A stretch of DNA of 32,000 bases, taken from NCBI GenBank assembly GCA_945913015.1, contig CAMECH010000001.1, positions 135,287 through 167,286 on the forward strand, in the 5' to 3' direction. The notes under the pieces are model-generated. The model saw only the letters and a list, made by a program, of their open reading frames with translations, was not told the origin of the DNA and ran no database searches. The translations under genes and the position numbers were made by a program. The number at the start of each line of letters is the position of its first letter. The first letter of the stretch is position 1. Shown here piece by piece: positions 15,519 through 24,519 of this stretch. This stretch comes from an uncultured Bacteroides sp. (GTDB lineage: Bacteria > Bacillota > Clostridia > Lachnospirales > Lachnospiraceae).

Positions 15519-17459
15519 TTAGCAAATCTCAGAACCATTGATAATATCACGGTCAACAGTCATAACTGAAAGATTTCCCGCATCATCTCCTGCCGCAAGA
15601 ATCATTCCCTGCGATTCAACTCCGCAAAGCTTGCACGGCTTTAAGTTTGTGATTACGGCGACTTTCTTGCCAACCATTTCTTCAGGCTTATAGTATGCTG
15701 CAATTCCCGATACAATCTGACGCATTTCTCCGCCAACCATAACCTGTGAAACAAGAAGCTTCTTTGACTTCTTAACCGGCTCACACGCCATGATTTCGCC
15801 AACCTGAATCTGAATCTTGTCAAAATCGTCGATTGTTATTTCCGGTTTTGCTTCAACCTGAGGGTACTGTGGTCCGAGTTGCTTTTTTTGAATTTCTTCT
15901 GCCTTTGCAAGTACCTCTTCCAAATCAAGTCTTGCGAAAAGGATTTCAGGAGTATCAGTTACCTTCACCCCGTTTTCGCGAAGCCCGAACTTATTAAGGT
16001 CATCATAATCTCTTGCCTGCGCATTAAGCTGGGCTAAAATGCGTTCTGCTGTTTCAGGCATATATGGTGTAAGAAGATTTGCACCGATTGTAATACTTTC
16101 AACGAGATTGTATAGTACGTGCGCAAGCTCATCCTGCTTTGACTCATCCTTTGCAAGTGCCCAAGGCATTGTCTCATCAATATATTTATTGCACCTTTTG
16201 AACAGTGTAAATATCTCTGTCATCGCATCTGCCACACGGAGCTTATCCATATTCTTTTCAACAAGCTCCCTCGTAGATGTAACAACCTTCATAAGGTCTT
16301 CATCAAAATCGGTAACAGCATCCGTATTATTTACAACACCACCAAAATATTTGTTAGTCATTGCAATTGTACGGTTGACAAGATTACCAAGTGTATTGGC
16401 AAGCTCAGAATTCATTCTCTCTACCATGAGCTCCCATGTGATAATACCATCATTCTCAAAAGGCATCTCATGAAGCACAAAATAACGAACCGCATCTACA
16501 CCAAACATTTCTACAAGGTCATCCGCATAGATTACATTTCCCTTTGACTTACTCATCTTTCCGTCGCCCTGAAGCAGCCACGGATGTCCGAAAATCTGCT
16601 TTGGAAGCGGGAGGTCGAGCGCCATCAGCATAATCGGCCAGTAAATCGTATGGAAACGAAGAATATCCTTTCCAATCAGATGGAGGTCTGCCGGCCAGTA
16701 TTTATTAAACTTCTCATCAGAATTGCCGTCTGCATCATATCCAAGTCCCGTAATATAGTTTGTGAGCGCATCAAGCCATACGTACACAACATGTTTGTCA
16801 TCAAAATCAACAGGTATTCCCCATTTGAAAGAAGTTCTTGATACACAGAGGTCCTGAAGTCCTGCTTTAATAAAATTGTTCATCATTTCATTTTTACGTG
16901 ATTCAGGCTGTATAAACTCAGGATGAGCCTCGATGTGCTCAATCAGCTTATTCGTATATTTCCCGAGCTTTAAGAAATATGCCTCCTCTTTAGCAGGCTG
17001 GCATGGTCTTCCACAATCCGGGCATTTGCCGTCTACAAGCTGGGATGGAGTAAAGAAAGACTCACATGGTGTACAGTACATTCCCTCATAGAAACCCTTG
17101 TAAATGTCGCCCTTATCATAGAGCTTCTTAAATATCTTCTGCACCTGCTTCTCATGATATTTATCTGTTGTCCTGATAAACTTGTCATATGACGTTCCCA
17201 TCAGATCCCAGATTCTCTTGATTTCTCCGGATACGTTGTCCACAAATTCCTGTGGGCTTATCCCCGCATCCTGTGCCTTCATCTCAATCTTCTGCCCATG
17301 CTCATCAGTTCCTGTCTGAAAGAACACATCATAGCCCTGCTGTCTTTTAAAACGTGCAATACTGTCAGCAAGTACAATTTCATATGTGTTTCCGATATGC
17401 GGTTTGCCTGATGTGTAGGCAATTGCAGTTGTAATGTAATACTTCTTTTTTTCTTCCAT
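15519..17459 (-). CDS. metG: Methionine--tRNA ligase with a C-terminal tRNA-binding (Trbp111/EMAP-like) domain
   Basis: The track ORF extends to 17573, but that extension lies in the T-box leader. The real start is ATG 17459 (MEEKKKYYITTAIAYTSGKPHIGN). Motifs are HIGN (HIGH), KMSKSKGN (KMSKS) and the CPDCG zinc knuckle. Confidence 0.95.
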   Translation of the reverse strand: MEEKKKYYITTAIAYTSGKPHIGNTYEIVLADSIARFKRQQGYDVFFQTGTDEHGQKIEMKAQDAGISPQEFVDNVSGEIKRIWDLMGTSYDKFIRTTDKYHEKQVQKIFKKLYDKGDIYKGFYEGMYCTPCESFFTPSQLVDGKCPDCGRPCQPAKEEAYFLKLGKYTNKLIEHIEAHPEFIQPESRKNEMMNNFIKAGLQDLCVSRTSFKWGIPVDFDDKHVVYVWLDALTNYITGLGYDADGNSDEKFNKYWPADLHLIGKDILRFHTIYWPIMLMALDLPLPKQIFGHPWLLQGDGKMSKSKGNVIYADDLVEMFGVDAVRYFVLHEMPFENDGIITWELMVERMNSELANTLGNLVNRTIAMTNKYFGGVVNNTDAVTDFDEDLMKVVTSTRELVEKNMDKLRVADAMTEIFTLFKRCNKYIDETMPWALAKDESKQDELAHVLYNLVESITIGANLLTPYMPETAERILAQLNAQARDYDDLNKFGLRENGVKVTDTPEILFARLDLEEVLAKAEEIQKKQLGPQYPQVEAKPEITIDDFDKIQIQVGEIMACEPVKKSKKLLVSQVMVGGEMRQIVSGIAAYYKPEEMVGKKVAVITNLKPCKLCGVESQGMILAAGDDAGNLSVMTVDRDIINGSEIC

Positions 17460-17530
17460 TTTCCTATTCCTTTCTCTTACAGATATAAGATTGGCTCTGC
17501 GACAGAGGTTCGCCTGTGCTTTCTGTCGCA

Positions 17531-17570
17531 CAAAAAACGCCCTCCCGCCAAAAAATTTGACAGGAAGGCG
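17531..17570 (-). terminator. Intrinsic terminator of the metG T-box leader
   Basis: The minus strand reads CGCCUUCC-ugucaaauuuuuuggc-GGGAGGGCG followed by UUUUUUG. Confidence 0.75.
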
Positions 17571-17830
17571 CATAATTAACGCTGTACCACTTCCATTCGC
17601 CGCACAAAATATCTGCCTTCCGGTCAGATATTCCGATTAAAGCCTCATGTCCGATATAACAGTCGGTCCTGTCGCAGCCTTGTGAATTCTTCTGCAATTA
17701 CAATACGTCTGTCATAATGTGCCAGAACCCATTCGGTGCGCCACTCCGGAGCCATGTTCAGCAGTCCTCCAATCATCCGTTCCCAGCCATCGACGGAATT
17801 CTCTGTGCATCATCCTACTGCTTACTCTTT
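17531..17830 (-). promoter_or_regulatory. T-box riboswitch leader, Met-specific (AUG specifier)
   Basis: The minus strand shows AGUA/GAUGA then AGAGA, and GAAC-AUG-G (AUG at 17753..17755). The T-box core is AAUGGAAGUGGUACAGCG (17580..17597). A canonical antiterminator can be drawn: GGAAG-[UGGUACA]-GCG...CGC-CUUCC. It competes with the terminator CGCCUUCC/GGGAGGGCG plus U6. Confidence 0.85.
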
Positions 17831-17865
17831 CCTTCACAGTGTTTAATTATTCCAATTCTTTTCAT

Positions 17866-17894
17866 AGCCTACCATAACGTCCCGCCGGTGTCAA
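17866..17894 (-). promoter_or_regulatory. Candidate promoter of the metG leader (TTGACA-17-TAGGCT)
   Basis: A perfect -35 TTGACA lies at 17889..17894 on the minus strand. The -10 is weak, TAGGCT at 17866..17871. Confidence 0.35.
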
Positions 17895-17932
17895 CGATTT
17901 TCACAATTTAATACATTCAATTACTATGCTCT

Positions 17933-20518
17933 CTAATGTGTTCCATACACTATATAATCATCCATATAATTTCTGTTACCGCTGTAAAGTGCCACATCTC
18001 CCCATCTTGGGGAACCACCTGCCTTATACCCTTCTGTTTTCCACATGTTGCAGTAACCATTTGCGCTGTTTTCCACATTTGCATAACTTAAATACACATC
18101 GCCGGACTTTTTTGTGTATATGTCAAAATTTACGATTATTAAGCCGCCCCGAGCGCGCTCATTCGGTCTGATTATATAATTTTCCCAGAGATTATCGTAC
18201 CCTGTCACAATCTGCTCATCAATCAGTTTCTGTAACTTTAATCCGCATTCCACCGCCGCAGTGACCTTTGGCAGTTTAAATGTACCTCTCCACCGCTTAA
18301 TATGCCCGTCATATTCCTGCGCTATACATGTTATACTGCCGGCCTCGATTACATCTCCAAGCTTTGTTACTGATATCTTTCTGCTGCCATTATTATAAAC
18401 CTCATATAAATCCACCTCTCCCGAAAGACTGTAAGGCTCCTCCGCCTTATTATATCCTCCTTCTTTTTCGTGGTAAAAATGCGGCTTTATGCATACCATA
18501 TCTTCTTCAGTCATATTCCCGGATGTTGTAAGCTCAAATGTAAACTCATATCCAAGCTTTAAAGCAGGATTTCTTAACGGAAGTCTGCCGGCCGCTGCCG
18601 GATACATCTGCTCCCATCGCGGGTCATTACACTTCGTTATTGCAAATCCGTATATCTGGCCTGACACATACACTTCACATGTGTCATACGCGCAATAATA
18701 TTCAGGATTTATATTGGCTTTTTGCTGTGCACAGTCTTTTGCATCCGGCGGCAATTGTTCATTAACGGCACGTGTACGGAATTTTACACTGTAAATTCCC
18801 TCATCTACCGTGACAGGCAGATAGAAAACATTATTTTCGCACATTTTACCAAGACTTATCCAGGTGCCTGCTTTGATTTGCTTCCCATCCGTACTTCCAA
18901 CAACCACATTAAAAGGAAAACATATCTCATTGTCGAGCACATATTTATTATAGTCCCTTGTTCCATACCCTTTATTGTAAATGTGCTCACCTGCATTGTC
19001 TGCATTTACTCTGAAAGATTTTCCAATAACCAGCGAAATTCTTGTTTCATCAGGCTCTATTCGCTGATTATCTGCACGGTTATCGCTAATCCATCCTCCG
19101 CATACAACGGGAGTATGAATGGTAAGCGGATTTACCAGAACATTTTTATATTCAGACTGAGGATGGTCTGAAGCTGTCTCAATCCCTCCAATCTCCACCC
19201 TTTGGTATTCACAATGGCTTTCTGTTGCAAATGTACTGTTCGGTGTATTCTCATTTATTTTGATTTGTGAAAGCGAAAGGTCAGTCATTATATCATATGC
19301 AGGCTTTTTAGCACCGTTTTCGCCGAGAATTTCAAAATTATTTACCAATATGGAGTCACTTACTGCATTGATATCACCTACCACACTCTCCGCAAGCCAT
19401 TGAAGGTCATTATCAGGAACCGGCGGCCTTTGTCCCTGTCCGGTAATTACACCGCCGTCATACCGGACTTCGTCCTGAAATGGTGCATCTTCAATATACG
19501 CTATTGCAGAACGTATAATCTCAATATTGTCTGTATTTTCAATTACATGACTGCCTATTGCGGGATTTTCAAACTGCCAGCATTTCAGTCTGTAAAAATC
19601 CAGTGTATCTGCCACATAGTGAGAATATGAGCGGGTAACATCATACCAGTCGGTGACACAGACATTATCTCTGTACTCATTGCCATATATATCTTTCCAC
19701 TGAAGAGTATATTCCGATACTACCTTCACTCCGTATGTCCTGTTTCCCGACTCCTTCCGGTAACACAGTCTGTAGCCATATGTGCTGAAACTACCCTGTG
19801 CGTCAACATTTTCAAGAACCGGGACGGCCTGCTGCACATCATATTCCTTACTCGTAAGCCTCCCTGTACGCCCTATCGAGAGTCCGCTGTCAGAATAATT
19901 ATAATCCGATACCATACTCACATTTTCGTCCTCCGGCGGCTTTTGTTCATGCTTCGGCTCGTCCGCCGGAATAGCAACCATTCTTCCGAAGTACTGCTTT
20001 AAGTCTTCAGGATTTTTCCAGTTTCTTGCCTGTGAAATTCCCTCAAATGTATCATAAACCTCTCCTTCATAGCTGCCATCCTCAAGAATCGCTCCCTGCA
20101 GCACTCCGTCAACACTTACCGTCATTATATTATCAAGATAAGCGATTCCGCCGCTTCTCTTAATTTCATCAAGCCAGTCATCTGAACATTCACGCACCTT
20201 TTCAAGTATTGCCTCCCTGCTTACATAAATTGTAGTATGCATAAATCCATCATCTCCGAGAAAAGATTCATCCTCAAGCTGCACCGTTACAGTTATATTA
20301 TCAGGATGTCCGATAGGCAGATCATATTTTTTAATTGTCCATGCTATCGTCTTATATGCCGTATGTATTGCCGGGTTGTCCCTCATTGTAAATGAGAGCC
20401 TGCCCTGCTCATCAAAATATTTTATCTCTCTTTCCTCTGACCGCGCCTTAATTATAAACATTCCCCCAAGCATAAATAACGCACAAAATATAATTGCTGT
20501 AATTTTTTTATTTCTCAA
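17933..20518 (-). CDS. Large exported or membrane-anchored protein of unknown function
   Basis: The ORF is 861 aa with a TTG start at 20518 and GGGGG 7 nt upstream. The N-terminus MRNKKITAIIFCALFMLGGMFIIKA is a signal peptide or anchor. The rest is hydrophilic and beta-rich in character, with many Tyr, Asn, Gly and Cys residues. No catalytic motif was recognised. Confidence 0.75.
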   Translation of the reverse strand: MRNKKITAIIFCALFMLGGMFIIKARSEEREIKYFDEQGRLSFTMRDNPAIHTAYKTIAWTIKKYDLPIGHPDNITVTVQLEDESFLGDDGFMHTTIYVSREAILEKVRECSDDWLDEIKRSGGIAYLDNIMTVSVDGVLQGAILEDGSYEGEVYDTFEGISQARNWKNPEDLKQYFGRMVAIPADEPKHEQKPPEDENVSMVSDYNYSDSGLSIGRTGRLTSKEYDVQQAVPVLENVDAQGSFSTYGYRLCYRKESGNRTYGVKVVSEYTLQWKDIYGNEYRDNVCVTDWYDVTRSYSHYVADTLDFYRLKCWQFENPAIGSHVIENTDNIEIIRSAIAYIEDAPFQDEVRYDGGVITGQGQRPPVPDNDLQWLAESVVGDINAVSDSILVNNFEILGENGAKKPAYDIMTDLSLSQIKINENTPNSTFATESHCEYQRVEIGGIETASDHPQSEYKNVLVNPLTIHTPVVCGGWISDNRADNQRIEPDETRISLVIGKSFRVNADNAGEHIYNKGYGTRDYNKYVLDNEICFPFNVVVGSTDGKQIKAGTWISLGKMCENNVFYLPVTVDEGIYSVKFRTRAVNEQLPPDAKDCAQQKANINPEYYCAYDTCEVYVSGQIYGFAITKCNDPRWEQMYPAAAGRLPLRNPALKLGYEFTFELTTSGNMTEEDMVCIKPHFYHEKEGGYNKAEEPYSLSGEVDLYEVYNNGSRKISVTKLGDVIEAGSITCIAQEYDGHIKRWRGTFKLPKVTAAVECGLKLQKLIDEQIVTGYDNLWENYIIRPNERARGGLIIVNFDIYTKKSGDVYLSYANVENSANGYCNMWKTEGYKAGGSPRWGDVALYSGNRNYMDDYIVYGTH

Positions 20519-20610
20519 ACTTTTGCCCCCTTTAATTTAGAGTTGTATAATTTTAATAAACATTTGTTTATTCCCATGATAATATGATATATTGAACTAT
20601 ATAATTAATA

Positions 20611-22473
20611 ATGGATATTAGTAACATAGGGAGGAAAAATATATTGAAAGCCTTAAAGATTTACAAAAAGATTTCTGCGGCATTACTGGCTGTAATTTTA
20701 TCAATTTCTCTTGCCGGATGCAGTTTTACCGGTGTAATCAGTAATGAGGAAACCCCATCAGCATCAATAAGTTCTGAAAATCCTTCTCAGTCCTATGCAG
20801 AAAAGGATTTACAAAGTTTTAATGATTTTACCAACGAAATATTTAAGGATGAACTGTCAGACAATACTCTGAACCTTCACTGCGTTGCAAAGGACCCTGC
20901 AAAATTCGGCATAGAAAAATATCCTGCCACGTTTGGCAAAATTGAATTTGATAAGCTTGACGATACAGCCAAAATAACAGATTTACTCAACCGGCTTTCA
21001 ACCTTTAAATATAATGAATTGTCAAAAAGCCAGCAGGCTACGTACGATATTCTGAAAAATATGTTACAGACAGAGCTTGAATACAGCGATTTGTATATGT
21101 ATGGCACAGAACTTACACCATACAGCGGTGTAACCGTGTATCTTCCAATACTACTCACCGAATATGAATTTTACTCAAAAAGTGATGTAGAGGATTACAT
21201 TGGACTGCTCAATGATATGAAACGCTATTTTACCGAGCTTATTGAATTGGAAAAATTACGCTCCAAAGCCGGTCTTTTCATGTCAGACGATATAGCATCG
21301 GAACTTGTGAAGCAGTGCAGTACATTTATTGATGAAAACAGCGGTGATGACTCTTTTCTTATAAGGACATTTGAAAACAGGCTCAACGGGCTTACGGATA
21401 TTTCACAGTCAGAAAAAGCTGCTTTTATATCTGCCAACAAAACTGCGGTTACCGATTCGGTTATTCCGGCATATCGGATTATTATAGACGGCATAACAGG
21501 TCTTATGGGCACCGGTAAGTACAGCGGCGGGCTTAGCAGTTATCCTGATGGCCGGAAATACTATGAGTATATTATTAAATCAGACCTTGGATGGTCAAAA
21601 TCAATGGATGAGCTGGATGAGATGCTTGACCAGTATATTACTGCATCATATTTGTCCATTCAGTCAATACTCCTCTCAGACCAGACAATCACAGCGGGTC
21701 TTGATAACTTTTCATTTACATCAACTGAACCCGATAAAATTATTACGGATTTAAAGAAAAAAATAGAAAATGATTTTCCTGCTGCGCCAAATGTCAATTA
21801 CGAAATCAAGGATATTGATAAGTCCCTTGAAGCATTTGCCAATCCTGCAATGTATATTATTGCTCAGATTGACAATTACACTAATAATGTCATACTTGTT
21901 AATAAGTATAATTGCAATTATTCGGAATTATATCCTACCATTGCACATGAAGGATATCCCGGCCACCTTTACCAGCACACATATTTTTTAAGTCTTAACC
22001 CTGAGCCGATAAGAAGGCTGCTTGAACCCGGCGGATATATCGAAGGCTGGGCAACATATGCTGAATTATGTGCCTACGACTACGATGATGCTGCCTCCGA
22101 CAATAAATTATTCCAGCTTCTAAGGGAAAATCAGAAGGTAACACTCGGATTGTATGCCAAGATGGATATGGGTGTGAACTATTACGGATGGACAAAGGAA
22201 CGCCTTAAGATTTTCCTTAAGGACTGGGGAATATCTGATAATTTAGATATCGACCATCTTTACAATTATCTGATTGCAGAACCCGGATCATATCCAAAAT
22301 ACTCTGTTGGCGGCTTTGCATTCATGGACTGGAAAAATCAGGCTTCTTCAGCTCTTGGAGATAAGTTTGATTTGAAAGAATTTCATAAATTTATTATGGA
22401 CTTAGGACCTGTTCCATTTGATATCATTGATAAAAAGCTGCCTGAGTGGATTACCACACAGAAAAATAAGTAA
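20611..22473 (+). CDS. DUF885-family lipoprotein (metallopeptidase-like HExxPGH motif)
   Basis: The ORF is 620 aa. It has the lipobox LAGC after a hydrophobic stretch and HEGYPGH at 21946..21966. An in-frame TTG at 20644 has AGGGAGG 9 nt upstream and may be the true start. Confidence 0.8.
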   Translation: MDISNIGRKNILKALKIYKKISAALLAVILSISLAGCSFTGVISNEETPSASISSENPSQSYAEKDLQSFNDFTNEIFKDELSDNTLNLHCVAKDPAKFGIEKYPATFGKIEFDKLDDTAKITDLLNRLSTFKYNELSKSQQATYDILKNMLQTELEYSDLYMYGTELTPYSGVTVYLPILLTEYEFYSKSDVEDYIGLLNDMKRYFTELIELEKLRSKAGLFMSDDIASELVKQCSTFIDENSGDDSFLIRTFENRLNGLTDISQSEKAAFISANKTAVTDSVIPAYRIIIDGITGLMGTGKYSGGLSSYPDGRKYYEYIIKSDLGWSKSMDELDEMLDQYITASYLSIQSILLSDQTITAGLDNFSFTSTEPDKIITDLKKKIENDFPAAPNVNYEIKDIDKSLEAFANPAMYIIAQIDNYTNNVILVNKYNCNYSELYPTIAHEGYPGHLYQHTYFLSLNPEPIRRLLEPGGYIEGWATYAELCAYDYDDAASDNKLFQLLRENQKVTLGLYAKMDMGVNYYGWTKERLKIFLKDWGISDNLDIDHLYNYLIAEPGSYPKYSVGGFAFMDWKNQASSALGDKFDLKEFHKFIMDLGPVPFDIIDKKLPEWITTQKNK

Positions 22474-22496
22474 ATTTACTATATGATTATGTATCT

Positions 22497-22533
22497 GATT
22501 GCTGTAAAGAAATTCTTTACAGCAATCTTTTTT
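22497..22533 (+). terminator. Intrinsic terminator after the DUF885 gene
   Basis: It is a perfect 13-bp stem, GATTGCTGTAAAG-aaatt-CTTTACAGCAATC, followed by TTTTTT. The T-tract overlaps the stop codon of the convergent gene. Confidence 0.85.
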
Positions 22534-23311
22534 ACTCAAAATAAACCATCGGGTCTACCGGCGCATCAGCCTTTGTCAGTTTAAAATACAGGTTAGGCCC
22601 TTCCTCTGTATAATACTTGGATGGCTCTGCCACTTTGCCGATTACGTCCCCTGCCACAACAGTCATACCCTTTTTAAGGTTGACACCGTCCAAAAGACCA
22701 TATGTTGTAACATAGTCATTGCCTATGGAAATTGAAACGGTTGTGCCTGTCTCTTCACTTTGTGTAACTGAAGTTACAACACCTGACGCGGCCGCTACAA
22801 CACCGGTGCCGACAGGCGCAGAAATATTTACTGCCGGATTGACCTTATAAAGCCCAAGTGTCTTGAAATATACGGTGCTGTCCATGCTGAATTTCATCAC
22901 CACATCACCTTTAACCGGCCATTTGAGTGTGTCATTCTCGCCGAATGAATACTTTGCACGCACACTGCCATCGGAATCCGCCGCAACGTTCTTTGAATTC
23001 CCCTTAGTCGGAAGCTCTGCCTGAGACGGCGCAGTAATCAATGACTTGTCATCAGCCGCCTTTGTCGCTTCATTCTTCACATAATTATCCGGCTCTGTAT
23101 CTGCATCGTTCTTTTGGTTATCTTTTTCATTATCGTTATTAATATTTTTCGCCTGCTCAGCCTTTGTCTCATTGAGATCTACAATATTAGCCGTCCCATC
23201 TTTGGTGCTGTTTGCCACAGAAATAACACCAACAGCCAACGCGCAGACAAGTGCACCTGCAACTATTATTGATAATAGCTTTTCGGGATTTCTCTTTTTA
23301 TTCTTCCTCAT
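22532..23311 (-). CDS. SpoIIQ-like membrane-anchored protein with a degenerate LytM (M23) domain
   Basis: The track ORF starts at 23332. ATG 23311 (MRKNKKRN) has GAGG 5 nt upstream. One N-terminal TM helix is followed by an Asn/Asp/Lys-rich linker and a C-terminal LytM fold. The HxxxD position reads NPAVN (22799..22840) and the HxH position reads NLY (22577..22594). It lies immediately downstream of the SpoIID-like gene, the order seen in many Clostridia. Confidence 0.6.
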   Translation of the reverse strand: MRKNKKRNPEKLLSIIVAGALVCALAVGVISVANSTKDGTANIVDLNETKAEQAKNINNDNEKDNQKNDADTEPDNYVKNEATKAADDKSLITAPSQAELPTKGNSKNVAADSDGSVRAKYSFGENDTLKWPVKGDVVMKFSMDSTVYFKTLGLYKVNPAVNISAPVGTGVVAAASGVVTSVTQSEETGTTVSISIGNDYVTTYGLLDGVNLKKGMTVVAGDVIGKVAEPSKYYTEEGPNLYFKLTKADAPVDPMVYFE

Positions 23312-23388
23312 ATTAACCTCACATTCCGCCATCGCAATTGCTGATGTATGGCTTATTGATGTTAATATTCTGTCCTGATTTGTATTTT

Positions 23389-24360
23389 CTATACGTCAGT
23401 TATTGTTATTCCGCTGTAAAAATATTTTAAAATTTCTTCATAATTTTTTCCATCCGAAGCCATTCTGCCCGCTTCATTAAGGCTCAGTCCATATCCGCTT
23501 CCGCTGCCTTTAACTGTTATTCTTATGCACTGCGTTCCATCCTGTTCCTTTGCATTGTCAAAGTAAAAACAGGGTGATGCAAGTCCCAGTGCATCTGCTA
23601 GTTCCTCACCCGTAACAATGACACTTCCCACCTTTACTTTATTCACATAATCCGCTGCATCCCTTGATACTATCTGCACTGACTCAAGCGGTGCATTCCT
23701 GCTGATACCTGTATCTGTCCCGACAGTCGATGCATTAAATCTCTTATTGCACAGCCTGACAAAATCATCATTCGACCTGGTAAATACGCACAAAAAATTA
23801 TCTGCCTGAATATCGCCGGAACACTCAACCGACTTTAAATAATTTAATGTTCCCGAACCGTTATTGCTCCCATCTCTTGTCCTGCCTGAACTTACTGCCG
23901 TATAAGGACAGTGGATGAAGCTGCCTTCATATTGAATTGCCAGATTGGAAACCGAGCTTATGCAATCCTCGACAAGCGATTCCTTCTCATCATATTCACT
24001 TCCCCAAAGCTTTCTTCGCTCCTTGTCGCTTAGATAAGTCATGGAAAGCTCATCATCTTCTATGCAGATTCCGTCACCCATTGCCGCATATACCTCAGTT
24101 CTTACCATAACAGCCTCTGCTTTAAGAAGTTCTATCTCCTCGCCATACGAAAGTCTTGATGCAAGCACACCTGCTATGTAATCGTCAACACTTATCTCCA
24201 TAACTGTCTTGCCGACATCTATCCTTACGCGCTTTACATCCTGTCCGACATCTGAAATCTCTCTTTTCACAACGCCGGTAACAGCAATTGTTATCAACCA
24301 CGGAATAAGAATACAAACTGACATTACCGCCGTAATTTTTTGCATGGCTTTCATCTGCAC
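23389..24360 (-). CDS. SpoIID/LytB-domain protein (stage II sporulation protein D-like)
   Basis: The ORF is 323 aa with a GTG start at 24360 and GGAGG 7 nt upstream. It has an N-terminal TM helix. SpoIID-like blocks are DDYIAGVLAS..., LLKAEAVMVRT, CPYTAVSSGRT and GSGSGYGLSLNEAGRMASDGKNYEEILKYFYSG. Confidence 0.7.
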   Translation of the reverse strand: MQMKAMQKITAVMSVCILIPWLITIAVTGVVKREISDVGQDVKRVRIDVGKTVMEISVDDYIAGVLASRLSYGEEIELLKAEAVMVRTEVYAAMGDGICIEDDELSMTYLSDKERRKLWGSEYDEKESLVEDCISSVSNLAIQYEGSFIHCPYTAVSSGRTRDGSNNGSGTLNYLKSVECSGDIQADNFLCVFTRSNDDFVRLCNKRFNASTVGTDTGISRNAPLESVQIVSRDAADYVNKVKVGSVIVTGEELADALGLASPCFYFDNAKEQDGTQCIRITVKGSGSGYGLSLNEAGRMASDGKNYEEILKYFYSGITITDV

Positions 24361-24519
24361 GTTCTCACCTCCCTGCCTCTCTAAAGACTATGAGCCCGTA
24401 CACATTTTTATGTTGGATTTTCATTATACAAAAATAGTACCCCCGAATCAATTAACGCATTCACCAAAAAAATGGTTAAAAATTCGTAGGGTACTACAAA
24501 ATTTGAAAATATTTTAATT

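Noticed and set aside
17460-17697. The track shows a 684-aa MetG with a 38-aa N-terminal extension and a 77-aa ORF at 17464..17697.
   Set aside because: Both lie over the T-box leader and its terminator. MetRS homology begins at MEEKKKYYITT (ATG 17459).
24361-24430. A sigma-E-type sporulation promoter (CATAAAAAT as a -10-like element) upstream of the SpoIID-like gene.
   Set aside because: The spacing to any ATA-type -35 does not fit the consensus. A plain TATAAT box is also present, so the sequence alone cannot discriminate.
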